Below, one piece after another: positions 1 to 9,969 of a stretch of 64,000 nt of DNA; positions within the stretch are counted from its first letter, which is position 1; each line of letters opens with the position of its first letter. Under the pieces are notes generated by a model that was given only the letters and a program-made list of their open reading frames with translations, did no database searches and had not been told where the DNA came from. The position numbers and the translations under genes are program-made. Source of the DNA: Bacillota bacterium (GTDB taxonomy: Bacteria; Bacillota; DTU025); NCBI GenBank assembly GCA_050951805.1, contig JBMNJT010000008.1, positions 128,001 to 192,000 of the forward strand, given 5' to 3'.

Positions 1-1
1 G

Positions 2-313
2 ATAGGGCGAGCCTTGATGGCAAGTCCCAAGGTCTTGCTTCTTGACGAGCCTTCGCTGGGATTGGCCCCACTGGCAACGAAGCAAATTTTCAAGATAATC
101 GAGGCACTCAATGCCGAAGGCACAACGATACTCCTGGTGGAGCAGAACGCCAGGCTTGCCCTAGCGGTATCGAACAGAGCATATATACTGCAGACGGGCA
201 GCGTTGCCCTTTCGGGGCCCAGTGATGAGCTGCTCGCAAGCGAGGACGTGAAGCGCTCCTACTTGGGGGGAAGCACTGGAGGCAGAGACATTGCCGAGGT
301 TGAGCGAGCTTGA
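2..313 (+). CDS. livF: Branched-chain amino acid ABC transporter ATP-binding subunit (LivF-like), 5'-truncated by the window edge
   Basis: Frame from nt 2 reads [23 protein letters not shown]...[13 protein letters not shown], the LivF Walker B and VEQN switch; a Liv substrate-binding gene follows. Confidence 0.85.
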   Translation: MGRALMASPKVLLLDEPSLGLAPLATKQIFKIIEALNAEGTTILLVEQNARLALAVSNRAYILQTGSVALSGPSDELLASEDVKRSYLGGSTGGRDIAEVERA

Positions 314-552
314 TGTATCGCGAAGTTTCAGCGTGTAGCCGAAGTCGGCCCGGGCTTGGCGATTTCCAGGACTGAGTAGGCGAGTCGCGATTCCGACTCG
401 CTGGCGAAGACAACCGAGATCAGGATACTCGGGATTGAGCGGTTTGAGACTGTATCAGGCTGCACCTTGCCGACAAGAGCGAAGATATGCGCGGACCCGG
501 CGATTGCGGTATGGTGCTGACCATACGTCAAAAAGCTGAGGAGGTTAGCAGG

Positions 553-1749
553 ATGAAAAGGCATTGGACGTTGGTGCTCGCATCCCTTATGGTTGTTCTT
601 CTTATGGGAATCCCGGGGCCGGTCACGGCCGCCCCGGAGCCCGGCGTGACCGCAAATCAGGTTCTCATAGGCGCGTTCCAGGATCAATCGGGCCCGGCCG
701 CTGTGGTCGGAATAAACATGCGCAAGGGCATGGAAGCCTACTTCAACTGGATCAACTCGAAGGGCGGAGTGAATGGACGGAAGATCCGGTTCATAGTTGA
801 AGACGACGGTTTTCAGCCGTCTAGGTCGATTGCGGCCGCCAAGAAACTGATTGAGCAGGACAAGGTTTTCGCGCTCGTCGGAACGCTGGGGACTCCTGGC
901 GTGCAGGCGACCATAGACTACATCCAATCGAAAAAGGTTCCGTCAATATACCAAGGCAGCGGTATCAGCGAATTAGCGTTCCCACCGAAAAGGTATTTCT
1001 TCCCGGTTCAGCCCAACTTCATCAGCGAGGGCCGCATTATCGCCCAATACGTGGTAGAAGGGCTGAAGTGCAAGCGGATCGCAGTGGCATGTGAACAGAC
1101 TGACATTGGGTCAGAAGGCCTTAGGGGCATCAAGGAGCAGTTGGCCGTCTACAAGATGCAACCGGTCGAAGTCGTCAATTTCGGCGCAGCAGATGTCGAC
1201 TTCAGCTCCCAGGTTCTCAAGTTGATCAAGGCCAAGCCGGACGCGGTGATAATCTATTCCACCCTCAAGCCGTGCGCAGGTTTCCTGAAACAGGCTGATC
1301 TCATGGGGCTTGATGCGCAGTTCCTCACGACATACGTGAATGCCGATCCAATTCAGATGCCGGCGCTCGCCGGTGAGGCATGTGTGGGGCTGATCGCCCC
1401 GGGTTGGGTCCCGGTGCTTGGGAACGATGAGGATTCCGTCAAGTACCTCGAAATCTACCAGGCCACCTATCCCAATGAAATGCCGAGTGCTTTCGCGGCA
1501 GCCGGATTCATTGCGGCTGAGGTTTTTTGTGAGGGGTTGAGGAGATGTGGGGCCAATCCCACCAGGGAGGGCCTAGTGGCTGCAATGGAGACATTCAGAG
1601 ACTGGAATGGAATCATGGCTAAGGGCATAACCTACACCCCAGAATGGCGGTCAGGCAAGGCTTCGATGTACTTCATGAGGTTTGCCAAGCCCAAGTTCGA
1701 GGAGGACTCGATCGAAGTCATATCAGGCTGGGTTAAGCTGAAGATATGA
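553..1749 (+). CDS. Liv/HAAT-family ABC transporter substrate-binding protein
   Basis: Signal peptide MKRHWTLVLASLMVVLL; motifs INSKGGVNGRKI, EDDGFQP, DFSSQVLKL; ATG at 553 chosen over 487 because it starts the signal peptide. Confidence 0.9.
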   Translation: MKRHWTLVLASLMVVLLMGIPGPVTAAPEPGVTANQVLIGAFQDQSGPAAVVGINMRKGMEAYFNWINSKGGVNGRKIRFIVEDDGFQPSRSIAAAKKLIEQDKVFALVGTLGTPGVQATIDYIQSKKVPSIYQGSGISELAFPPKRYFFPVQPNFISEGRIIAQYVVEGLKCKRIAVACEQTDIGSEGLRGIKEQLAVYKMQPVEVVNFGAADVDFSSQVLKLIKAKPDAVIIYSTLKPCAGFLKQADLMGLDAQFLTTYVNADPIQMPALAGEACVGLIAPGWVPVLGNDEDSVKYLEIYQATYPNEMPSAFAAAGFIAAEVFCEGLRRCGANPTREGLVAAMETFRDWNGIMAKGITYTPEWRSGKASMYFMRFAKPKFEEDSIEVISGWVKLKI

Positions 1750-1916
1750 CGCCGGGGCACAGCTTGCGTCCGGAGGGTCGAAAGCAGGCGCCGAAAACGG
1801 CAACAAGGGCTAAGCAAGTCGTCTAAAGCGTATTGGCAGCAAGGCTCAAACCTCAATCAGGGAAAACGGGATGATTGCGCAAAGACTATCTGAGAATTGC
1901 TAAACAGTATAGTCTG

Positions 1917-1950
1917 AAGATACTACGATTTTTTCGTAGTATCTTTTCTT
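1917..1950 (+). terminator. Perfect 12-bp hairpin followed by a T-rich tail; probable terminator of the liv operon
   Basis: AAGATACTACGA-TTTTT-TCGTAGTATCTT then TTCTT. Confidence 0.5.
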
Positions 1951-2385
1951 ATGCTGCGAAACAATCGCAGTGTTGCAAAGAAATATCACGGGGCCACAGT
2001 ATCTGCTCTGACCGGCTCCCAATGACCCTTCCCATCGGCCTCCCGTTTCTGCTGCCTTCTTATGGAGTATGCCCCATCGATCTGGGCAGGTGGCCTTTGC
2101 GAGGCTGGCGATTCTCTGATCTCCTGGAACTGGATCCTAAGTGGTGGGGGGTGCTCGAGTCCTCTCTGAGATGTGCTCAGATGAAAGGTATAACGTGTGA
2201 AATGTTGAACCAATATGAAGCGTCAGGTTACTGCTGAAGTAGGATGTCATCCGCGGGCGCGGGGGCTGGCCTGAACGTCCGCAGCGGGTTGGCATGCGCA
2301 ACAGAGCACGACGTTGATGCGTCTTCGCGACAAGACAGGTAGGGCAATCGTATACGTTCCTATTTCACAGAGGAGGTGGTTGGAC

Positions 2386-3342
2386 ATGCCCGACAAAGCG
2401 TCAGGACAGCCAGTCGTCCTGGAATACGTGAAGATGCGGTTGCCGGAGCTTTCCGCTCTTGACCGCGAATCCACAGTCTTCATAATAAGTGTGAGCCCAA
2501 TCGAGGTCCACGGACCCCATCTGCCGGTGGGCACGGACGTTTTCATCGCCGAGGAGCTGGCCGCGAGATACATCCGTGAGCTTTTTGCACGCCATCCCGA
2601 GCTTACATTCGTAACCCTACCCTCGCTATACTTGGGCTCAGACGCCCTTCCGGTGAAGGGATCGCTTTCGGTGCCTGCTCCCTATCTAGAGGGGGCCTTG
2701 TTTTCTTACGGCAAAGGCCTGGCGGCCCAGGGTTTTCGCTATCTTTTCGTGGCCGACAACCATGGCGGTCCTCGCCATCAGATGGCGATTGAAGCGGCGG
2801 CCCGGGCACTCTGGAAGAAGCACAAGTTTTACCTCATAGATCCGTTCAACATAGAGTTCCGCTACATGGTTGAGCACGACCCGGATTTCGTGAAGAGGAC
2901 CGGACTCGGGCCCGGCGTATGCGGAGATGATCCCGACAGCCATGCAGGGACAAATGAGACATCGCTGATGTTGGCATGTTGCGAGGAGCAAGTCGCTGGA
3001 GGATACCGCGAAGTTCCGGCCTCTCTGCCCCCGCCGCACACAGGAGGGGCATCATTCGTAGCCGGACTGGCCAAGATCGTAAGGTTTTTTGGCGGAGATG
3101 TGCTCTCTCGCGACCTGGAACACCTCGCGAACACGTTGGCCTGGGTAGGTGATCCCGACATGCTGCCATACATGGGCGATCCGAGCAAGGCCACGGTCGA
3201 GGCGGGGGAGGCCATGCTTGCTGCCAGAGTTGAAGTTGCGATGGAGCTATTCGAGCGCGCCCTTGCGAGCGGGGGTAAAGATCCGGTGCACCTGGAGCCG
3301 ATGCTTTGGGGCGTGAGAGCCATGAGAAAACTGCCAGAGTAG
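2386..3342 (+). CDS. Creatininase family amidohydrolase
   Basis: PIEVHGPHLPVGTD, DNHGG and DSHAGTNETS metal-ligand motifs; AGGAGGTG RBS before ATG 2386. Confidence 0.85.
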   Translation: MPDKASGQPVVLEYVKMRLPELSALDRESTVFIISVSPIEVHGPHLPVGTDVFIAEELAARYIRELFARHPELTFVTLPSLYLGSDALPVKGSLSVPAPYLEGALFSYGKGLAAQGFRYLFVADNHGGPRHQMAIEAAARALWKKHKFYLIDPFNIEFRYMVEHDPDFVKRTGLGPGVCGDDPDSHAGTNETSLMLACCEEQVAGGYREVPASLPPPHTGGASFVAGLAKIVRFFGGDVLSRDLEHLANTLAWVGDPDMLPYMGDPSKATVEAGEAMLAARVEVAMELFERALASGGKDPVHLEPMLWGVRAMRKLPE

Positions 3343-3567
3343 CAGAATGCGGGCGGATTATGCATCTGGCAGATCCGCTCGGCCGACATGGAAGACCGCT
3401 CTATCTTGCGATCATCCGTCAACTGGGCCGCAACGCGCCATGGGCTGTAACCGCCCATCCCTGCCTCGGAGGGTGCGTTCTCCGCATTGCGGTTATCATA
3501 AAAACATGCGGCCATAAGTTCAAATGACAGGCAAGAGATGGAATTTGACACATGGGAGAAGTAGATT

Positions 3568-6120
3568 ATGGAGATTCGTTTTTTGGGGGGCGCTGAGGAA
3601 GTTGGCGCCTCATGCATACTTGTCAAAACAGAATCGGGGAAGAACGTGCTCCTCGATGCAGGCGTCAGGGTGAGCGAAGAGGGGACGGAAATGCTCCCCA
3701 ACCTTGAGCCGCTCAACGACGTAGTTATCGATGCGATAATCCTGTCCCACGCCCATCTAGATCACAGTGGCGCCCTTCCGCTAGTGGCCAAACTTTCGCC
3801 CGGGGCATCCATATTCGCCACGACGGCAACGCGCGATTTGGCCACAGTCTTGCTGTACGATTCAGTCAAGGTTGCAGAATTCAGGGAAGGGCTGCAGCTC
3901 TTCGACGCAGACGATGCCCAGCAGGCCCTAGACAGGGTGGTCACATACGGGTTCGGGACTTCTTTTGAGGCAGTAGAGGGGATTCAGGCGGTGTTCCTCC
4001 AAGCAGGGCACATCCTCGGCGCTGCGGCGGTACTGCTTCAGACAGAAGAAGGGACGCTCCTTTACACTGGCGACTTTACCACATTTGAGCAGGAGACCGT
4101 AGGTATGCAGGCGTTCAGTGGAGCTCTCAAGCGCGGGGCCGATGTGGTGATCACCGAGGCCACCTATGGATCGAGGATTCACGCTCCGAGGTCTCAGGAG
4201 ATGCAAAGGCTGCTCGATACTATCGGCGAGACGCTGGACGCTGGCGGAAGGGCGCTTGTGCCTGCTTTTGCCGTGGGAAGGTCTCAGGAGATAATCTTGG
4301 CTCTCAGAAACTACATGCGGCGAACGAAGAGAAAATACCCTGTGTACGTTGATGGTCTGATACGAAACGTAAATACCGTTTTCGCTAGGAACCCGAATTA
4401 CCTGAAGCAAAGATACAAGAAAGAAGTCCTGCGGGGCCATGAGCTTTTTTACACGAATGGTATCGAAGCAGTGGGGAGCAAGTCCCAAAGGGACAAGATC
4501 CTCGCATCGAAAGATCCGTGTGTGATAATTGCGAGTTCAGGGATGCTCACAGGCGGAGTGTCGCCGATATACGCAGAGAGGATTCTCGAGGATGAGAAGA
4601 ATCTCTTGGCGATAGTGGGGTACCAGGATGAAGAATCGCCGGGAAGAAGATTGCTGGACTTGGCTGAGCTTCCAAAGAATGAACGGACGATACTTTTGAA
4701 CGAAAACGAATACCGGGTTAGGTGCAAGGTGGGGAAGTTCGGTCTTTCGGCCCATGCGGACTCGCTCGGGATCATCGCTTCAGTAAAGGCTTTAAGGCCC
4801 GACTTCGTCCTCCTCAACCATGGGAATGAGGAGTCTCTTGAAGCGCTCTCCCAAGCCCTGGCAGACGAATTGCCTGACACCCGCATAGAAGTGGCCGGCT
4901 CGGGTGGGGTCTACGAGTATGTTCCGGCGCCGGGCGGGGGAAAACGACGATACTCCTTGAAGCCGCAGGTGCGCAGGATAGCGTTGCACAAAGAGGAGCC
5001 GGTAGATCCGGAGGAGCTTTGGCAACACCTGTTCCAGACAGGGACTCTGGGAACGACGCTCACAGTTGCGGATTTGATGATGGTGTGGTACGGTCCCCGA
5101 GAGATCTCCGACGAAGAGAAACGGGCTTTCCGCAAGGAAGTCAGCGGGTCGCCGCGCTTCAGGTCCGCCTACACCAACCCCAATATTGTGTACGTGTTGA
5201 CTGAGGAAGAGTATGTGGACGCTGTTACGCCGAAGCCGATGGAACAGAATGAGGCGTGGGCACTGATTCAGGAAAGATTGTCGCCGTTTGGACTTCAGAA
5301 GGTGGGATTTGCTTCAGATGGAAGCGTGACGCTGTATTTTCCGACGCCGAAATATGCCGAGAGGTGCACAGACGAGATCGGAGAATTGGAGCGGGAGATA
5401 CTGCGCAGAATCGAAGTTGCGCCAAACTCCAATATGGAATTCCTGAAGACCAAGATCAAGACGGACTTGGCAGAGGAGTTCGGCATAAGGGTCAACCGCG
5501 ATCCGTCCTTCGGCGCACAATCGGTCACTGTGAAGGAGCCAGCAGGGTTGGCACAGCCAGGAATCCGAGGACGAACGTTGGGAGAATATGCAGAGGCGTT
5601 CGAGGAGGAGACAGGCTACAAATTGCTGTTTAGGGTTGAAGGACAGAGCCTTCTGGATCAGGTTGCCGCACGGCGCAGTCAGGACCCGTGGACGCCGGAG
5701 GGTGTACCGTCACACGGCGTGAGTGAACCTATGGAGCAGAATATGGCGAAGGGCATGATCGACGATGCTTTCGCGGGAGCGGTCAATCAACCGAAGGTCA
5801 GCATTTACAGGGATGAGGGACGGATGGCGCTTGCCTTCATAACCCCCCAGGTCGGGGAGAGATACAAGGAGATCCTGGACAAGCTCGAGGCGGCGACAGG
5901 ATGGAGACTGGAAATCCAGGAGAGCGCGAGAGTGAATGAGCTGGCCGACTTGGCCAGGGAGCTCCTGGCCGCCAACGGCCTAGGAGGGATGAAGGTTGGC
6001 GTTCATTCGGGCTATGCCGAGGCAAGGGGCCCTGTGGACGTTGACGAGGCGGTTGCCCAGAGGCTGAGCAAGGCCTACTCAGAGTTGACAGGTTACGAGC
6101 TGAGGTTCAGACGGACGTAG
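3568..6120 (+). CDS. MBL-fold beta-CASP ribonuclease (CPSF73/YSH1-like) with a long repeated C-terminal extension
   Basis: FLGGAEEVGASC, SHAHLDH, AGHILGA, YTGDF, EATYG, PAFAVGRSQE, ASSGML, GYQDEESPG, LSAHAD and NHG motifs all present; about 390 extra C-terminal residues. Confidence 0.9.
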   Translation: MEIRFLGGAEEVGASCILVKTESGKNVLLDAGVRVSEEGTEMLPNLEPLNDVVIDAIILSHAHLDHSGALPLVAKLSPGASIFATTATRDLATVLLYDSVKVAEFREGLQLFDADDAQQALDRVVTYGFGTSFEAVEGIQAVFLQAGHILGAAAVLLQTEEGTLLYTGDFTTFEQETVGMQAFSGALKRGADVVITEATYGSRIHAPRSQEMQRLLDTIGETLDAGGRALVPAFAVGRSQEIILALRNYMRRTKRKYPVYVDGLIRNVNTVFARNPNYLKQRYKKEVLRGHELFYTNGIEAVGSKSQRDKILASKDPCVIIASSGMLTGGVSPIYAERILEDEKNLLAIVGYQDEESPGRRLLDLAELPKNERTILLNENEYRVRCKVGKFGLSAHADSLGIIASVKALRPDFVLLNHGNEESLEALSQALADELPDTRIEVAGSGGVYEYVPAPGGGKRRYSLKPQVRRIALHKEEPVDPEELWQHLFQTGTLGTTLTVADLMMVWYGPREISDEEKRAFRKEVSGSPRFRSAYTNPNIVYVLTEEEYVDAVTPKPMEQNEAWALIQERLSPFGLQKVGFASDGSVTLYFPTPKYAERCTDEIGELEREILRRIEVAPNSNMEFLKTKIKTDLAEEFGIRVNRDPSFGAQSVTVKEPAGLAQPGIRGRTLGEYAEAFEEETGYKLLFRVEGQSLLDQVAARRSQDPWTPEGVPSHGVSEPMEQNMAKGMIDDAFAGAVNQPKVSIYRDEGRMALAFITPQVGERYKEILDKLEAATGWRLEIQESARVNELADLARELLAANGLGGMKVGVHSGYAEARGPVDVDEAVAQRLSKAYSELTGYELRFRRT

Positions 6121-6211
6121 AGGCTGTACCACTTCGTGGTTGACGGGTTTTGCCGGGGAAGCGAAACTACACGGGGGCATTACGTTGAAGGCTGTTTATG
6201 GGAGTGCATTA

Positions 6212-7810
6212 TTGACGAAACCTCGCCCATCTTGGACTTTGACAATGGCGTGGGCGTTGGTGGTTGCCGCATTGTCTGGGCATGCTGCAGCAGGGGAGAT
6301 AGGAGCTGAGCTTGTTCTGTCGCCTCAGGCAAGAGCCATAGTGGAGACAAACAGGCCGATTTGTCCTGGGCCGTCTGGTGACGACATCGAGAGAGAGGCC
6401 ATAGAGCTGTTGTATAACTACACAGGCCTGGAAGATGAGATTGATGTAGCCCAGATTTGGCGAAATCAAGGCCGATCGGTCAGAACCGGCCAATCGCACC
6501 AATGGCATATCTCTCCACATTATGCTGCGGAAGAAGTTGAACTGTTGTTCGAAGTATTGAAGTACGGATATGCTGGGTACGAATACTTCGGTGGCGATGA
6601 AGCCTTCGAAGCGGCAAAGGACGGGATACTCCGCGAGATAGGCGAATTTGCGGAGGAGATTCCCATGTGGCAATACATAGACATCATCGCCGCAAATCTC
6701 AGTTTCGTTCGGGATGGACATCTCTCAATTGGGGAGAGAAGAATCTGTGAATACCATCAATTCAGGGCAAGTCCGACTCACAGTTTTTGCATGGATAATG
6801 AGGGTCAATTCTGGAATGCCGATGGCGAGAGAATTCTATCCATAGATGGCCAGTCCCCGTCTGCATTCATGAAACCGTCTATAGATGAAGCCGGCGACAT
6901 AGTCTACCTGTTGGGGATGGTTCTGCCTGAGGGAAGCGGGGATGTAGCGCTCAAACTCGAATACGCAGACGGGTGCGATGAAATGGCCTGGCTTGTCCCT
7001 TTTTCACCCATGGTTCTTGACGGGCCTGTCTACGAGCTGTCCGAGGTTGGGGGCGTGCCGCTCATAACGTGCGGAGACTTTCGTGATCTTCCCGGCCAAC
7101 GGCGCGCCATTGCTCGATTCGCCGAGGATGCGGAGGGTTTTCGGGATGAAGACGTGATCATCTTGGACCTTAGGTCCAATCGCGGGGGAAGGTATGCCTA
7201 TGGTAGGGAATGGTGTCGCCGGTTGAGCGGTGGAGACGTTGGGCCGAGCACCTATTCCAGGCGACTCGTTACAGATGTGGCATTGGCATTGTTATCCAAC
7301 ACGTTGTCCGAATCAGATGATAACCTGTCTAGTCTCGAAAACCAGGATGATGCGCCTTGGATGAAGGACAGAAGCGAGGACCCCGAGTTGCCCGGGTGGA
7401 GCTATGCAGTCGTCGAACAGGAGGCCCGGGCAGGTAGGACGCCATTTGTTGTTGTGCTCCTCGATTCATACGTGGCCAGTGCAGCCGAAGTCTTCGTCAG
7501 AAGGTTACGATATTGCCAAAATACTGTCTTTATTGGGACGAATACGCGAGGTGCCGCGCTTTGCGGCAATACGGGGGTGATGGAGCTTCCTTATTCCGGG
7601 CTGAAGGTGAGCCTGCCTACTATGATCTGTTTTGACGGCGAGATGCAGAATATCGATGGATGTGGGTATTTTCCTGATTTCTGGGTGCATCCTGACTTTG
7701 TGATGGAGAGGGCTGTGAGGTTCATCGAGAAGCAGCTAGTGTCGGTGCAAGCCGATGGGGCCCTCGGGCAGACGAGCGAAGAAGAACCTGGAGGCATTAT
7801 GCGGCAATAA
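6212..7810 (+). CDS. Secreted S41 family peptidase (paralog 1)
   Basis: Signal-peptide-like N-terminus after TTG 6212 (GGGAG RBS); DGHL, IILDLRSNRGG, ASAAE (catalytic Ser), GTNTRG, GYFPD. Confidence 0.85.
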   Translation: MTKPRPSWTLTMAWALVVAALSGHAAAGEIGAELVLSPQARAIVETNRPICPGPSGDDIEREAIELLYNYTGLEDEIDVAQIWRNQGRSVRTGQSHQWHISPHYAAEEVELLFEVLKYGYAGYEYFGGDEAFEAAKDGILREIGEFAEEIPMWQYIDIIAANLSFVRDGHLSIGERRICEYHQFRASPTHSFCMDNEGQFWNADGERILSIDGQSPSAFMKPSIDEAGDIVYLLGMVLPEGSGDVALKLEYADGCDEMAWLVPFSPMVLDGPVYELSEVGGVPLITCGDFRDLPGQRRAIARFAEDAEGFRDEDVIILDLRSNRGGRYAYGREWCRRLSGGDVGPSTYSRRLVTDVALALLSNTLSESDDNLSSLENQDDAPWMKDRSEDPELPGWSYAVVEQEARAGRTPFVVVLLDSYVASAAEVFVRRLRYCQNTVFIGTNTRGAALCGNTGVMELPYSGLKVSLPTMICFDGEMQNIDGCGYFPDFWVHPDFVMERAVRFIEKQLVSVQADGALGQTSEEEPGGIMRQ

Positions 7811-7852
7811 CGATTATCCGGAATCCATATGATTTCTTCGTGAGGTGAGGTC

Positions 7853-9427
7853 ATGAGAAATCCCCTACACCTGCGCGAATCACGTCTATTCCAGGCTCTC
7901 ATGGCATTCTGCGTAATCGCCATTGTGACGCCTGTTCAACCTGTGTTAGCATCATCCAGGACGCGATTAGTCTTATCGCCGGAGGCGAGGGCTATCGTGG
8001 AGGCGAACAGGCCTGAGCTTTCCGAGGCATCTAGGGAGGATCTGTTAGCGCGTTTTTCAAGCATGCTGTATGAATACAGCGATTTCGAGGATGAGGCGTA
8101 CCCGAGCGCACTCAGGTGGGACACAGCTGCGGGCCGAGAGAGTGTCATGGAGGAATGGTCGATCAGTCCGGCAAGGGCTGTGCAAGAGGTAGACCTCTTG
8201 TTCCACGCACTGAAGTATGGTTATGCTGCCTATCAGTTCTTTGGTGGCGATGAAGTCTTCTGCGCGGCGCGGGAGAGGATGCTGGATGAGATAGGCCGAC
8301 ATTACCATGATATTCCGTTCTGGCAGTATTCCCAGATCATCATAGCTAACCTAAAGTTCATCCAGGATGGCCATTTTGCTTTTGGAAGCAGGACATTATG
8401 CGAATGGAGCACTTTCAGAGTCAGTCCGTATCTTCGGTTTTCACTGGATGAAGACGGCTTTTTCATTAACGATGGCGGCAAGCGCGTTGCTTCAGTCAGT
8501 GGCCAAGCTCCGTCTTCTTTTCTTAAACCGTCAATAGATGAAGATGGAAACATCGTCTACGTTCTTGGGATGCTCGTCCCGGAGCAACAGGTTGATTTGA
8601 TGTGTGAGATAGAATACGCAGACGGCAGCAGGGAGATTGCATGGCTGGTGCCAATCATCTCCATGGATTACGGCGGAGCGGTCTACGAGCTTGGAGAAAT
8701 AGAGGGTTTCCCCTTGGTGTCTTGTCGCAGCTTCGATCCTGATCATGATGAAGGGAAGGCTCTCAACAGGTTTGTGGAGGACGCGGAGAAGTTGCGACAA
8801 GAGGATGTTATCTTGCTTGACCTTAGGTCAAATCACGGGGGATCGACGATCTACGGCATGCTTTGGTGCCAAAGGTTGACGAAAGGGAACGTGGGCCCGT
8901 ACTTTTTTACAGCAGAGTTGGCGACTGACACCTCTATCGCTCTGCTCCTGAATGGGCTTTCGGAAAGGCTTGGGGAGGAGTTTTCTTCCGACCAGGCGGA
9001 GGCTTTGTGGAGATACTGGAAGAATGCCGAGGACCCAGATAGGCCCGGATGGCGTCGCATAGGCATTGAGCAGGGTGGGCATATCAGCGATGCTCCGTTC
9101 ATAGTAGCACTTGTGGATTCCAACGCCGGGAGCGCGACGGAGGCTTTTGTCCGTCGTCTGCGGAGCTTGGATAATGTTGTAATCATCGGAACTAACACCC
9201 GAGGCGCTTTGCTTTGCGGAAATCCCGGTATGCTTGTTCTGCCCTATTCAGGTTTCGAGGTGAGAATACCCACGATGTTCTGGCTCGACAGCGAGATGCA
9301 CAATTACGACGGCGTCGGGTATTCTCCGGACTTTTGGGTTCATCCAGACTATGCGTTGGAACGGGCCGTGAAGTTCATTCGCAGACATCTCGTTAGAGAA
9401 GGGGCCAGTGTCTCACTTGGCGGTTGA
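7853..9427 (+). CDS. Secreted S41 family peptidase (paralog 2)
   Basis: GAGGTGAGG RBS; signal peptide; DGHF, LLDLRSNHGG, GSATE, GTNTRG, GYSPDFWVHPD; colinear with paralog 1. Confidence 0.85.
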   Translation: MRNPLHLRESRLFQALMAFCVIAIVTPVQPVLASSRTRLVLSPEARAIVEANRPELSEASREDLLARFSSMLYEYSDFEDEAYPSALRWDTAAGRESVMEEWSISPARAVQEVDLLFHALKYGYAAYQFFGGDEVFCAARERMLDEIGRHYHDIPFWQYSQIIIANLKFIQDGHFAFGSRTLCEWSTFRVSPYLRFSLDEDGFFINDGGKRVASVSGQAPSSFLKPSIDEDGNIVYVLGMLVPEQQVDLMCEIEYADGSREIAWLVPIISMDYGGAVYELGEIEGFPLVSCRSFDPDHDEGKALNRFVEDAEKLRQEDVILLDLRSNHGGSTIYGMLWCQRLTKGNVGPYFFTAELATDTSIALLLNGLSERLGEEFSSDQAEALWRYWKNAEDPDRPGWRRIGIEQGGHISDAPFIVALVDSNAGSATEAFVRRLRSLDNVVIIGTNTRGALLCGNPGMLVLPYSGFEVRIPTMFWLDSEMHNYDGVGYSPDFWVHPDYALERAVKFIRRHLVREGASVSLGG

Positions 9428-9969
9428 TGGAATCGAACGTCTAAAGAACCGGGTCTTCCCGTTGCCTGCTGCATGCGTTGGGGGATTGCTCTTTACATTG
9501 GCATTGGTCTTCTCATCCCCGACACGTGTGGGATGTCCGGGCAAGAGCTTTATCCGCTACCAACCCAAAACTTCGACATCGGGTCCTGGCCGCAGAAGCA
9601 GGATGGAGAGGGTGCGGAGGAACGCCGTCGAGGAGCTCAAGGGAATATGTAGGTATGCGAGCTCGCTGATGCAATGATACTCGGCCCGCGCCTGACAGGC
9701 ACTATAGGGATGGGGGAGATCCGGCGGTGTTCGAGTGCGCTATCGGCGCTACAGCTGAGGCGGGGCAGAAGGTGTCCGTCTTCAGCTCGAGGAGTGCGGG
9801 AAGGAGCTTAGCGAGGCCATGACGTTAGATATCGGTCCGCAGGTTCTATGGGAGCACTAGGCTTTGCTGGTGGGGCATCGCCTCAAACGGGAAAATCCAA
9901 AAGCCGCGTTATCTCTGCCGTGGCCTCTTACTTGAATACGTAGACTGCGATCTTATCCCGAGGCTATTC

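Noticed and set aside
1875-2237. 120-aa ORF and overlapping 75-aa antisense ORF between the liv gene and creatininase
   Set aside because: No RBS or motifs, and the 120-aa ORF runs through a terminator-like hairpin; likely spurious.
9408-9900. Short ORF with a signal-peptide-like stretch after the second S41 gene
   Set aside because: Possibly a decayed gene, but no family could be recognised.
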